A stretch of 64,000 bases of DNA from Eledone cirrhosa (Eukaryota): NCBI GenBank assembly GCA_964016885.1, contig OZ024745.1, positions 80,972,001 to 81,036,000 of the forward strand, given 5' to 3'. Made by a program: the position numbers and the translations under genes. Positions 1 through 13,794 of the stretch are shown here, one piece after another; within the stretch, counting starts at the first letter, position 1, and each line of letters opens with the position of its first letter. A model generated the notes under the pieces. The model was not told the origin of the DNA. It searched no databases and was given only the letters and a program-made list of their open reading frames with translations.

Positions 1-3000
1 AAATCAGGCTTTACGTACCTTAGTCATTGTAAATCAGGCTCTACTTACCTTAGTCATTGTAAATCAAGATTTACTTACCTTAGACATTGTAATCAGGCTT
101 TACTTACCTTAGACATTGTAATCAGGCTTTACTTACCTTAGACATTGTAATCAGGCTTTACTTACCTTAGACATTGTAAATCAGGCTTTACTTACCTTAG
201 TCATTGTAAATCAGGCTCTACTTACCTTAGTCATTGTAAATCAAGATTTACTTACCTTAGACATTGTAATCAGGCTTTACTTACCTTAGACATTGTAATC
301 AGGCTTTACTTACCTTAGACATTGTAAATCAGGCTTTACTTACCTTAGTCATTGTAAATCAGGCTCTACTTACCTTAGACATTGTAAATCAGGCTTTACT
401 TACCTTAGACATTGTAATCAGGCTTTACTTACCTTAGACATTGTAATCAGGCTTTACTTACCTTAGACATTGTAAATCAGGCTTTACTTACCTTAGACAT
501 TGTAAATCAGGCTTTACTTACCTTAGTCATTGTAAATCAGGCTCTACTTACCTTAGACATTGTAAATCAAGCTTTACTTACCTTAGTCATTGTCATTCAA
601 GCTCTACTTACCTTAGTCATTGTAAATCAAGCTTTAGTTACCTTAGTCATTGTAAATCAAGCTTTACTTACCTTAGTCATTGTAAATCAAGCTCTACTTA
701 CCTTAGCCATTGTAAATCAAGCTTTAGTTACCTTAGACATTGTAAATCAAGATTTACTTACCTTAGTCATTGTAAATCAAGCTTTACTTACCTTAGACAT
801 TGTAAATCAAGATTTACTTACCTTAGTCATTGTAAATCAGGCTCTACTTACCTTAGTCATTGTAAATCAAGATTTACTTACCTTAGACATTGTAATCAGG
901 CTTTACTTACCTTAGACATTGTAATCAGGCTTTACTTACCTTAGACATTGTAAATCAGGCTTTACTTACCTTAGTCATTGTAAATCAGGCTTTACGTACC
1001 TTAGTCATTGTAAATCAGGCTCTACTTACCTTAGTCATTGTAAATCAAGATTTACTTACCTTAGACATTGTAATCAGGCTTTACTTACCTTAGACATTGT
1101 AATCAGGCTTTACTTACCTTAGACATTGTAATCAGGCTTTACTTACCTTAGACATTGTAAATCAGGCTTTACTTACCTTAGTCATTGTAAATCAGGCTCT
1201 ACTTACCTTAGTCATTGTAAATCAAGATTTACTTACCTTAGACATTGTAATCAGGCTTTACTTACCTTAGACATTGTAATCAGGCTTTACTTACCTTAGA
1301 CATTGTAAATCAGGCTTTACTTACCTTAGTCATTGTAAATCAGGCTCTACTTACCTTAGACATTGTAAATCAGGCTTTACTTACCTTAGACATTGTAATC
1401 AGGCTTTACTTACCTTAGACATTGTAATCAGGCTTTACTTACCTTAGACATTGTAATCAGGCTTTACTTACCTTAGACATTGTAATCAGGCTTTACTTAC
1501 CTTAGACATTGTAAATCAGGCTTTACTTACCTTAGTCATTGTAAATCAGGCTCTACTTACCTTAGACATTGTAAATCAAGCTTTACTTACCTTAGTCATT
1601 GTAAATCAAGCTCTACTTACCTTAGTCATTGTAAATCAAGCTTTAGTTACCTTAGTCATTGTAAATCAAGCTTTACTTACCTTAGTCATTGTAAATCAAG
1701 CTCTACTTACCTTAGCCATTGTAAATCAAGCTTTAGTTACCTTAGACATTGTAAATCAAGATTTACTTACCTTAGTCATTGTAAATCAAGCTTTACTTAC
1801 CTTAGACATTGTAAATCAAGATTTACTTACCTTAGTCATTGTAAATCAAGCTTTACTTACCTTAGACATTGTAAATCAAGCTTTACTTACCTTAGACATT
1901 GTAAATCAAGCTTTACTTACCTTAGTCATTGTAAATCAAGCTCTACTTACCTTAGTCATTGTAAATCAAGCTTTAGTTACCTTAGTCATTGTAAATCAAG
2001 CTTTAGTTACCTTAGTCATTGTAAATCAAGCTTTAGTTACCTTAGACATTGTAAATCAAGATTTACTTACCTTAGTCATTGTAAATCAAGCTCTACTTAC
2101 CTTAGTCATTGTAAATCAAGCTTTAGTTACCTTAGTCATTGTAAATCAAGCTTTAGTTACCTTAGTCATTGTAAATCAAGCTTTACTTACCTTAGACATT
2201 GTAAATCAAGATTTACTTACCTTAGTCATTGTAAATCAAGCTCTACTTACCTTAGTCATTGTAAATCAAGCTTTAGTTACCTTAGTCATTGTAAATCAAG
2301 CTTTAGTTACCTTAGTCATTGTAAATCAAGCTTTACTTACCTTAGACATTGTAAATCAAGCTTTACTTACCTTAGACATTGTAAATCAAGCTTTACTTAC
2401 CTTAGTCATTGTAAATCAAGCTTTACTTACCTTAGACATTGTAAATCAAGATTTACTTACCTTAGTCATTGTAAATCAAGCTTTACTTACCTTAGTCATT
2501 GTAAATCAAGCTCTACTTACCTTAGTCATTGTAAATCAAGCTTTACTTACCTTAGTCATTGTAAATCAAGCTTTACTTACCTTAGACATTGTAAATCAAG
2601 ATTTACTTACCTTAGTCATTGTAAATCAAGCTCTACTTACCTTAGTCATTGTAAATCAAGCTTTAGTTACCTTAGTCATTGTAAATCAAGCTTTAGTTAC
2701 CTTAGTCATTGTAAATCAAGCTGTAGTTACCTTAGTCATTGTAAATCAAGCTTTAGTTACCTTAGTCATTGTAAATCAAGCTCTACTTACCTTAGACATT
2801 GTAAATCAAGCTTTACTTACCTTAGACATTGTAAATCAAGCTCTACTTACCTTAGTCATTGTAAATCAAGATTTACTTACCTTAGTCATTGTAAATCAAG
2901 CTCTACTTACCTTAGTCATTGTAAATCAGGCTTTACTTACCTTAGACATTGTAAATCAGGCTTTACTTACCTTAGTCATTGTAAATCAAGCTCTACTTAC

Positions 3001-6000
3001 CTTAGTCATTGTAAATCAAGATTTACTTACCTTAGTCATTGTAAATCAAGCTTTACTTACCTTAGTCATTGTAAATCAAGATTTACTTACCTTAGTCATT
3101 GTAAATCAAGCTCTACTTACCTTAGTCATTGTAAATCAGGCTTTACTTACCTTAGACATTGTAAATCAGGCTTTACTTACCTTAGTCATTGTAAATCAAG
3201 CTCTACTTACCTTAGTCATTGTAAATCAAGCTTTACTTACCTTAGTCATTGTAAATCAAGCTTTACTTACCTTAGACATTGTAAATCAAGATTTACTTAC
3301 CTTAGTCATTGTAAATCAAGCTCTACTTACCTTAGTCATTGTAAATCAAGCTTTAGTTACCTTAGTCATTGTAAATCAAGCTTTAGTTACCTTAGTCATT
3401 GTAAATCAAGCTGTAGTTACCTTAGTCATTGTAAATCAAGCTTTAGTTACCTTAGTCATTGTAAATCAAGCTCTACTTACCTTAGACATTGTAAATCAAG
3501 CTTTACTTACCTTAGACATTGTAAATCAAGCTCTACTTACCTTAGTCATTGTAAATCAAGATTTACTTACCTTAGTCATTGTAAATCAAGCTCTACTTAC
3601 CTTAGTCATTGTAAATCAGGCTTTACTTACCTTAGACATTGTAAATCAGGCTTTACTTACCTTAGTCATTGTAAATCAAGCTCTACTTACCTTAGTCATT
3701 GTAAATCAAGATTTACTTACCTTAGTCATTGTAAATCAAGCTTTACTTACCTTAGTCATTGTAAATCAAGATTTACTTACCTTAGTCATTGTAAATCAAG
3801 CTCTACTTACCTTAGTCATTGTAAATCAGGCTTTACTTACCTTAGACATTGTAAATCAGGCTTTACTTACCTTAGTCATTGTAAATCAAGCTCTACTTAC
3901 CTTAGTCATTGTAAATCAAGATTTACTTACCTTAGTCATTGTAAATCAAGCTTTACTTACCTTAGTCATTGTAAATCAAGATTTACTTACCTTAGTCATT
4001 GTAAATCAGGCTTTACTTACCTTAGACATTGTAAATCAGGCTTTACTTACCTTAGACATTGTAAATCAGGCTTTACTTACCTTAGTCATTGTAAATCAAG
4101 CTCTACTTACCTTAGTCATTGTAAATCAAGCTTTACTTACCTTAGACATTGTAAATCAAGCTTTACTTACCTTAGACATTGTAAATCAGGCTTTACTTAC
4201 CTTAGTCATTGTAAATCAGGCTCTACTTACCTTAGTCATTGTAAATCAAGCTTTACTTACCTCAGTCATTGTAAATCAAGCTTTACTTACCTTAGTCATT
4301 GTAAATCAGGCTTTACTTACCTTAGACATTGTAAATCAGACTTTACTTACCTTAGTCATTGTAAATCAAGCTTTACTTACCTTAGTCATTGTAAATCAGG
4401 CTTTACTTACCTTAGTCATTGTAAATCAAGCTTTACTTACCTTAGTCATTGTAAATCAAGCTTTACTTACCTTAGTCATTGTAAATCAAGCTTTACTTAC
4501 CTTAGTCATTGTAAATCAGGCTTTACTTACCTTAGTCATTGTAAATCAGGCTTTACTTACCTTAGTCATTGTAAATCAAGATTTACTTACCTTAGTCATT
4601 GTAAATCAAGCTTTACTTACCTTAGTCATTGTAAATCAGGCTTTACTTACCTTAGTCATTGTAAATCAGGCTTTACTTACCTTAGTCATTGTAAATCAAG
4701 ATTTACTTACCTTAGTCATTGTAAATCAAGCTTTACTTACCTTAGTCATTGTAAATCAGGCTTTACTTACCTTAGTCATTGTAAATCAAGCTCTACTTAC
4801 CTTAGTCATTGTAAATCAAGCTTTACTTACCTTAGTCATTGTAAATCAAGCTTTACTTACCTTAGACATTGTAAATCAGGCTTTACTTACCTTAGTCATT
4901 GTAAATCAAGATTTACTTACCTTAGTCATTGTAAATCAGGCTCTACTTACCTTAGACATTGTAAATCAGGCTTTACTTACCTTAGACATTGTAAATCAGG
5001 CTTTTCTTACCTTAGACATTGTAAATCAGGCTTTACTTACCTTAGACATTGTAAATCAAGCTCTACTTACCTTAGTCATTGTAAATCAAGCTCTACTTAC
5101 CTTAGTCATTGTAAATCAAGATTTACTTACCTTAGTCATTGTAAATCAGGCTTTACTTACCTTAGTCATTGTAAATCAAGATTTACTTACCTTAGACATT
5201 GTAAATCAGGCTTTACTTACCTTAGACATTGTAAATCAGGCTTTACTTACCTTAGACATTGTAAATCAAGCTTTACTTACCTTAGTCATTGTAAATCAGG
5301 CTCTACTTACTTTAGTCATTGTAAATCAGGCTCTACTTACCTTAGACATTGTAAATCAAGCTCTACTTACCTTAGTCATTGTAAATCCAGCTTTACTTAC
5401 CTTAGTCATTGTAAATCAAGATTTACTTACCTTAGACATTGTAAATCAAGCTTTACTTACCTTAGACATTGTAAATCAAGCTTTACTTACCTTAGTCATT
5501 GTAAATCAAGCTCTACTTACCTTAGACATTGTAAATCAAGCTCTACTTACCTTAGTCATTGTAAATCAAGCTCTACTTACCTTAGTCATTGTAAATCAAG
5601 CTTTACTTACCTTAGTCATTGTAAATCAGGCTTTACTTACCTTAGTCATTGTAAATCAGGCTTTACTTACCTTAGTTATTGTAAATCAGGCTTTACTTAC
5701 CTTAGTCATTGTAAATCAGGCTTTACTTACCTTAGTCATTGTAAATCAGGCTTTACTTACCTTAGACATTGTAAATCAGGCTTTACTTACCTTAGACATT
5801 GTAAATCAGGCTTTACTTACCTTAGACATTGTAAATCAGGCTTTACTTACCTTAGTCATTGTAAATCAGGCTTTACTTACCTTAGACATTGTAAATCAGG
5901 CTTTACTTACCTTAGACATTGTAAATCAGGCTTTACTTACCTTAGTCATTGTAAATCAGGCTTTACTTACCTTAGACATTGTAAATCAGGCTTTACTTAC

Positions 6001-9000
6001 CTTAGACATTGTAAATCAGGCTTTACGTACCTTAGTCATTGTAAATCAGGCTTTACTTACCTTAGACATTGTAAATCAGGCTTTACTTACCTTAGACATT
6101 GTAAATCAGGCTTTACTTACCTTAGTCATTGTAAATCAGGCTTTACTTACCTTAGACATTGTAAATCAGGCTTTACTTACCTTAGACATTGTAAATCAGG
6201 CTTTACTTACCTTAGTCGTTGTAAATCAGGCTTTACGTACCTTAGACATTGTAAATCAAGCTCTACTTACCTTAGTCATTGTAAATCAAGATTTACTTAC
6301 CTTAGACATTGTAAATCAGGCTTTACTTACCTTAGACATTGTAAATCAGGCTTCACGTACCTTAGTCATTGTAAATCAGGCTTTACTTACCTTAGACATT
6401 GTAAATCAGGCTTTACTTACCTTAGTCATTGTAAATCAGGCTTTACTTACCTTAGTCATTGTAAATCAAGATTTACTTACCTTAGTCATTGTAAATCAAG
6501 CTTTACTTACCTTAGACATTGTAATCAGGCTTTACTTACCTTAGTCATTGTAAATCAAGCTTTACTTACCTTAGACATTGTAAATCAGGCTTTACTTACC
6601 TTAGTCATTGTAAATCAAGATTTACTTACCTTAGACATTGTAATCAGGCTTTACTTACCTTAGACATTGTAATCAGGCTTTACTTACCTTAGACATTGTA
6701 AATCAGGCTTTACTTACCTTAGACATTGTAAATCAGGCTTTACTTACCTTAGTCATTGTAAATCAGGCTCTACTTACCTTAGTCATTGTAAATCAAGATT
6801 TACTTACCTTAGACATTGTAATCAGGCTTTACTTACCTTAGACATTGTAATCAGGCTTTACTTACCTTAGACATTGTAAATCAGGCTTTACTTACCTTAG
6901 TCATTGTAAATCAGGCTTTACGTACCTTAGTCATTGTAAATCAGGCTCTACTTACCTTAGTCATTGTAAATCAAGCTTTAGTTACCTTAGTCATTGTAAA
7001 TCAAGCTTTACTTACCTTAGTCATTGTAAGTCAAGCTTTACTTACCTTAGACATTGTAAATCAGGCTTTACTTACCTTAGACATTGTAAATCAAGCTCTA
7101 CTTACCTTAGACATTGTAAATCAAGCTTTACTTACCTTAGTCATTGTAAATCAAGCTTTAGTTACCTTAGTCATTGTAAATCAAGCTTTACTTACCTTAG
7201 ACATTGTAAATCAGGCTTTACTTACCTTAGACATTGTAAATCAAGCTCTACTTACCTTAGTCATTGTAAATCAAGCTTTACTTACCTTAGTCATTGTAAA
7301 TCAAGCTCTACTTACCTTAGTCATTGTAAATCAAGCTTTAGTTACCTTAGTCATTGTAAATCAAGCTTTAGTTACCTTAGTCATTGTAATCAGGCTTTAC
7401 TTACCTTAGTCATTGTAAATCAAGCTTTACTTACCTTAGACATTGTAAATCAAGCTCTACTTACCTTAGTCATTGTAAATCAAGCTTTAGTTACCTTAGT
7501 CATTGTAAATCAAGCTTTAGTTACCTTAGTCATTGTAATCAGGCTTTACTTACCTTAGTCATTGTAAATCAAGCTTTACTTACCTTAGTCATTGTAAATC
7601 AAGCTCTACTTACCTTAGTCATTGTAAATCAAGCTTTAGTTACCTTAGTCATTGTAAATCAAGCTTTAGTTACCTTAGTCATTGTAATCAGGCTCTACTT
7701 ACCTTAGTCATTGTAAATCAGGCTTTACTTACCTTAGTCATTGTAAATCAAGCTTTACTTACCTTAGACATTGTAAATCAGGCTTTACTTACCTTAGTCA
7801 TTGTAAATCAAGCTCTACTTACCTTAGTCATTGTAAATCAAGCTTTACTTACCTTAGTCATTGTAAATCAAGCTCTACTTACCTTAGTCATTGTAAATCA
7901 AGCTTTACTTACCTTAGTCATTGTAAATCAGGCTTTACGTACCTTAGTCATTGTAAATCAAGCTCTACTTACCTTAGTCATTGTAAATCAAGCTTTACTT
8001 ACCTTAGTCATTGTAAATCAGGCTTTACTTACCTTAGACATTGTAAATCAAGCTTTACTTACCTTAGTCATTGTAAATCAAGCTTTAGTTACCTTAGTCA
8101 TTGTAAATCAAGCTTTACTTACCTTAGTCATTGTAAATCAAGCTCTACTTACCTTAGTCATTGTAAATCAAGCTCTACTTACCTTAGTCATTGTAAATCA
8201 AGCTTTACTTACCTTAGTCATTGTAAATCAAGCTTTAGTTACCTTAGTCATTGTAAATCAGGCTTTACTTACCTTAGACATTGTAAATCAAGCTTTACTT
8301 ACCTTAGTCATTGTAAATCAAGCTCTACTTACCTTAGACATTGTAAATCAGGCTTTACTTACCTTAGTCATTGTAAATCAAGCTTTAGTTACCTTAGTCA
8401 TTGTAAATCAAGCTTTACTTACCTTAGTCATTGTAAATCAAGCTCTACTTACCTTAGTCATTGTAAATCAAGCTCTACTTACCTTAGTCATTGTAAATCA
8501 AGCTCTACTTACCTTAGTCATTGTAAATCAGGTTTTACTTACCTTAGTCATTGTAAATCAGGCTTTACTTACCTTAGACATTGTAAATCAGGCTTTACTT
8601 ACCTTAGACATTGTAAATCAGGCTTTACTTACCTTAGTCATTGTAAATCAAGCTTTACGTACCTTAGACATTGTAAATCAGGCTTTACTTACCTTAGACA
8701 TTGTAAATCAAGCTTTACTTACCTTAGTCATTGTAAATCAGGCTTTACTTACTTTAGTCATTGTAAATCAGGCTTTACTTACCTTAGACATTGTAAATCA
8801 AGCTTTACTTACCTTAGTCATTGTAAATCAGGCTTTACTTACCTTAGTCATTGTAAATCAAGCTTTAGTTACCTTAGACATTGTAAATCAGGCTTTACTT
8901 ACCTTAGACATTGTAAATCAGGCTTTACTTACCTTAGACATTGTAAATCAAGCTTTACGTACCTTAGTCATTGTAAATCAGGCTTTACTTACCTTAGTCA

Positions 9001-12000
9001 TTGTAAATCAAGCTTTACTTACCTTAGTCATTGTAAATCAGGCTTTACTTACCTTAGTCATTGTAAATCAAGCTTTACTTACCTTAGACATTGTAAATCA
9101 AGCTTTACTTACCTTAGTCATTGTAAATCAAGCTTTACTTACCTTAGTCATTGTAAATCAAGCTTTACTTACCTTAGTCATTGTAAATCAAGCTTTACTT
9201 ACCTTAGACATTGTAAATCAAGCTTTACGTACCTTAGACATTGTAAATCAGGCTTTACTTACCTTAGTCATTGTAAATCAAGCTTTACTTACCTTAGTCA
9301 TTGTAAATCAAGCTTTAGTTACCTTAGTCATTGTAAATCAAGCTTTACTTACCTTAGACATTGTAAATCAGGCTCTACTTACCTTAGTCATTGTAAATCA
9401 GGCTTTACTTACCTTAGTCATTGTAAATCAGGCTTTACTTACCTTAGTCATTGTAAATCAAGCTTTACTTACCTTAGTCATTGTAAATCAAGCTTTACTT
9501 ACCTTAGTCATTGTAAATCAGGCTTTACTTACCTTAGTCATTGTAAATCAGGCTTTACTTACCTTAGACATTGTAAATCAAGCTTTACTTACCTTAGTCA
9601 TTGTAAATCAGGCTTTACTTACCTTAGTCATTGTAAATCAAGCTTTAGTTACCTTACTCATTGTAAATCAAGCTTTAGTTACCTTAGTCATTGTAAATCA
9701 AGCTTTACTTACCTTAGACATTGTAAATCAAGCTTTACTTACCTTAGTCATTGTAAATCAAGCTTTACTTACCTTAGACATTGTAAATCAAGATTTACTT
9801 ACCTTAGTCATTGTAAATCAAGCTTTACTTACCTTAGTCATTGTAAATCAAGCTCTACTTACCTTAGTCATTGTAAATCAAGCTTTACTTACCTTAGTCA
9901 TTGTAAATCAAGCTTTACTTACCTTAGACATTGTAAATCAAGATTTACTTACCTTAGTCATTGTAAATCAAGCTCTACTTACCTTAGTCATTGTAAATCA
10001 AGCTTTAGTTACCTTAGTCATTGTAAATCAAGCTTTAGTTACCTTAGTCATTGTAAATCAAGCTTTAGTTACCTTAGTCATTGTAAATCAAGCTCTACTT
10101 ACCTTAGACATTGTAAATCAAGCTTTACTTACCTTAGACATTGTAAATCAAGCTCTACTTACCTTAGTCATTGTAAATCAAGATTTACTTACCTTAGTCA
10201 TTGTAAATCAAGCTCTACTTACCTTAGTCATTGTAAATCAGGCTTTACTTACCTTAGACATTGTAAATCAGGCTTTACTTACCTTAGTCATTGTAAATCA
10301 AGCTCTACTTACCTTAGTCATTGTAAATCAAGATTTACTTACCTTAGTCATTGTAAATCAAGCTTTACTTACCTTAGTCATTGTAAATCAAGATTTACTT
10401 ACCTTAGTCATTGTAAATCAAGCTCTACTTACCTTAGTCATTGTAAATCAGGCTTTACTTACCTTAGACATTGTAAATCAGGCTTTACTTACCTTAGTCA
10501 TTGTAAATCAAGCTTTACTTACCTTAGTCATTGTAAATCAGGCTCTACTTACCTTAGTCATTGTAAATCAAGCTTTACTTACCTTAGTCATTGTAAATCA
10601 AGCTTTACTTACCTTAGTCATTGTAAATCAGGCTTTACTTACCTTAGACATTGTAAATCAGGCTTTACTTACCTTAGTCATTGTAAATCAAGCTTTACTT
10701 ACCTTAGTCATTGTAAATCAGGCTTTACTTACCTTAGTCATTGTAAATCAAGCTTTACTTACCTTAGTCATTGTAAATCAAGCTTTACTTACCTTAGTCA
10801 TTGTAAATCAGGCTTTACTTACCTTAGTCATTGTAAATCAAGCTTTACTTACCTTAGTCATTGTAAATCAAGCTTTACTTACCTTAGTCATTGTAAATCA
10901 GGCTTTACTTACCTTAGTCATTGTAAATCAGGCTTTACTTACCTTAGTCATTGTAAATCAAGATTTACTTACCTTAGTCATTGTAAATCAAGCTTTACTT
11001 ACCTTAGTCATTGTAAATCAGGCTTTACTTACCTTAGTCATTGTAAATCAAGCTCTACTTACCTTAGTCATTGTAAATCAAGCTTTACTTACCTTAGACA
11101 TTGTAAATCAGGCTTTACTTACCTTAGACATTGTAAATCAGGCTTTACTTACCTTAGACATTGTAAATCAAGCTCTACTTACCTTAGTCATTGTAAATCA
11201 AGCTCTACTTACCTTAGTCATTGTAAATCAAAATTTACTTACCTTAGTCATTGTAAATCAGGCTTTACTTACCTTAGTCATTGTAAATCAAGATTTACTT
11301 ACCTTAGACATTGTAAATCAGGCTTTACTTACCTTAGACATTGTAAATCAGGCTTTACTTACCTTAGACATTGTAAATCAAGCTTTACTTACCTTAGTCA
11401 TTGTAAATCAGGCTCTACTTACTTTAGTCATTGTAAATCAGGCTCTACTTACCTTAGACATTGTAAATCAAGCTCTACTTACCTTAGTCATTGTAAATCA
11501 AGCTTTACTTACCTTAGTCATTGTAAATCAAGATTTACTTACCTTAGACATTGTAAATCAAGCTTTACTTACCTTAGACATTGTAAATCAAGCTTTACTT
11601 ACCTTAGTCATTGTAAATCAAGCTATACTTACCTTAGACATTGTAAATCAAGCTCTACTTACCTTAGTCATTGTAAATCAAGCTCTACTTACCTTAGTCA
11701 TTGTAAATCAAGCTTTACTTACCTTAGTCATTGTAAATCAGGCTTTACTTACCTTAGTCATTGTAAATCAGGCTTTACTTACCTTAGTTATTGTAAATCA
11801 GGCTTTACTTACCTTAGTCATTGTAAATCAGGCTTTACTTACCTTAGTCATTGTAAATCAGGCTTTACTTACCTTAGACATTGTAAATCAGGCTTTACTT
11901 ACCTTAGACATTGTAAATCAGGCTTTACTTACCTTAGACATTGTAAATCAGGCTTTACTTACCTTAGTCATTGTAAATCAGGCTTTACTTACCTTAGACA

Positions 12001-13434
12001 TTGTAAATCAGGCTTTACTTACCTTAGACATTGTAAATCAGGCTTTACTTACCTTAGTCATTGTAAATCAGGCTTTACTTACCTTAGACATTGTAAATCA
12101 GGCTTTACTTACCTTAGACATTGTAAATCAGGCTTTACGTACCTTAGTCATTGTAAATCAGGCTTTACTTACCTTAGACATTGTAAATCAGGCTTTACTT
12201 ACCTTAGACATTGTAAATCAGGCTTTACTTACCTTAGTCATTGTAAATCAGGCTTTACTTACCTTAGACATTGTAAATCAGGCTTTACTTACCTTAGACA
12301 TTGTAAATCAGGCTTTACTTACCTTAGTCGTTGTAAATCAGGCTTTACGTACCTTAGACATTGTAAATCAAGCTCTACTTACCTTAGTCATTGTAAATCA
12401 AGATTTACTTACCTTAGACATTGTAAATCAGGCTTTACTTACCTTAGACATTGTAAATCAGGCTTTACGTACCTTAGTCATTGTAAATCGGGCTTTACTT
12501 ACCTTAGACATTGTAAATCAGGCTTTACTTACCTTAGTCATTGTAAATCAGGCTTTACTTACCTTAGTCATTGTAAATCAAGATTTACTTACCTTAGTCA
12601 TTGTAAATCAGGCTTTACTTACCTTAGTCATTGTAAATCAGGCTTTACTTACCTTAGACATTGTAATCAGGCTTTACTTACCTTAGTCATTGTAAATCAA
12701 GCTTTACTTACCTTAGTCATTGTAAATCAAGATTTACTTACCTTAGACATTGTAAATCAAGCTTTACTTACCTTAGACATTGTAAATCAAGCTTTACTTA
12801 CCTTAGTCATTGTAAATCAAGCTCTACTTACCTTAGACATTGTAAATCAAGCTCTACTTACCTTAGTCATTGTAAATCAAGCTCTACTTACCTTAGTCAT
12901 TGTAAATCAAGCTTTACTTACCTTAGTCATTGTAAATCAGGCTTTACTTACCTTAGTCATTGTAAATCAGGCTTTACTTACCTTAGTTATTGTAAATCAG
13001 GCTTTACTTACCTTAGTCATTGTAAATCAGGCTTTACTTACCTTAGTCATTGTAAATCAGGCTTTACTTACCTTAGACATTGTAAATCAGGCTTTACTTA
13101 CCTTAGTCATTGTAAATCAGGCTTTACTTACCTTAGACATTGTAAATCAGGCTTTACTTACCTTAGACATTGTAAATCAGGCTTTACTTACCTTAGTCAT
13201 TGTAAATCAGGCTTTACTTACCTTAGACATTGTAAATCAGGCTTTACTTACCTTAGACATTGTAAATCAGGCTTTACGTACCTTAGTCATTGTAAATCAG
13301 GCTTTACTTACCTTAGACATTGTAAATCAGGCTTTACTTACCTTAGACATTGTAAATCAGGCTTTACTTACCTTAGTCATTGTAAATCAGGCTTTACTTA
13401 CCTTAGACATTGTAAATCAGGCTTTACTTACCTT
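1..13434. repeat. 30-bp tandem satellite array, left arm (~450 monomers; runs off the window start)
   Basis: Uninterrupted head-to-tail CATTGTAAATCA(G/A)GCTTTACTTACCTTAG(T/A). A few recurrent variants occur: T/A after TTAG, CAGG/CAAG, GCTCT, AGATTT, TTAGTT, TACGTA and a 29-bp 1-nt-deletion form. The arm ends at ...TTACCTT (13434), directly before the (CAT)n tail. Confidence 0.99.
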
Positions 13435-13457
13435 CATCATCATCATCATCATCATCA
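13435..13457 (-). repeat. 3' terminal (ATG/TGA)n microsatellite tail of the LINE
   Basis: (CAT)7CA on the + strand abutting the satellite. RTE elements end in short tandem repeats rather than poly(A). Confidence 0.92.
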
Positions 13458-13465
13458 ACGTTTAA

Positions 13466-13498
13466 CGTCCGTGTTCCACGCTTGCATGGGTTTGGACG
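13466..13498 (-). other. 3' terminal stem-loop of the LINE RNA (probable RT recognition element)
   Basis: Minus strand reads CGUCC-AAAC-CCAUG-CAAG-CGUGG-AACAC-GGACG. The outer stem is CGUCC/GGACG and the inner stem is CCAUG/CGUGG (one G-U), placed just upstream of the tail. Function is inferred from 3'-hairpin recognition in other LINE/SINE pairs. Confidence 0.7.
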
Positions 13499-13794
13499 GG
13501 GGTAGTCCCACTTGAGGCAAGAGTGATTGTCTTGCTCGCATAGGACTGTCTGGCAGGTTTTCTACAGTTGGATGCCCTTCCTAACACCAACCACATTTAC
13601 AGTGTGGGTCTGGGAGGTTTTTACCGTGTTGCCTACACGGCCACATTACAGCGTGGACTGTGTGTTTTTTTGTCGTGACACCTACACGATCTCATTTGTT
13701 TCGGCCCGGATGGCGCGGCACCAACATAACTTTACATAGGACGGGGTGGTGTGGATGGGGTGGGGGTGGTGGTGGTGGGACGGGGTGTATTTTG

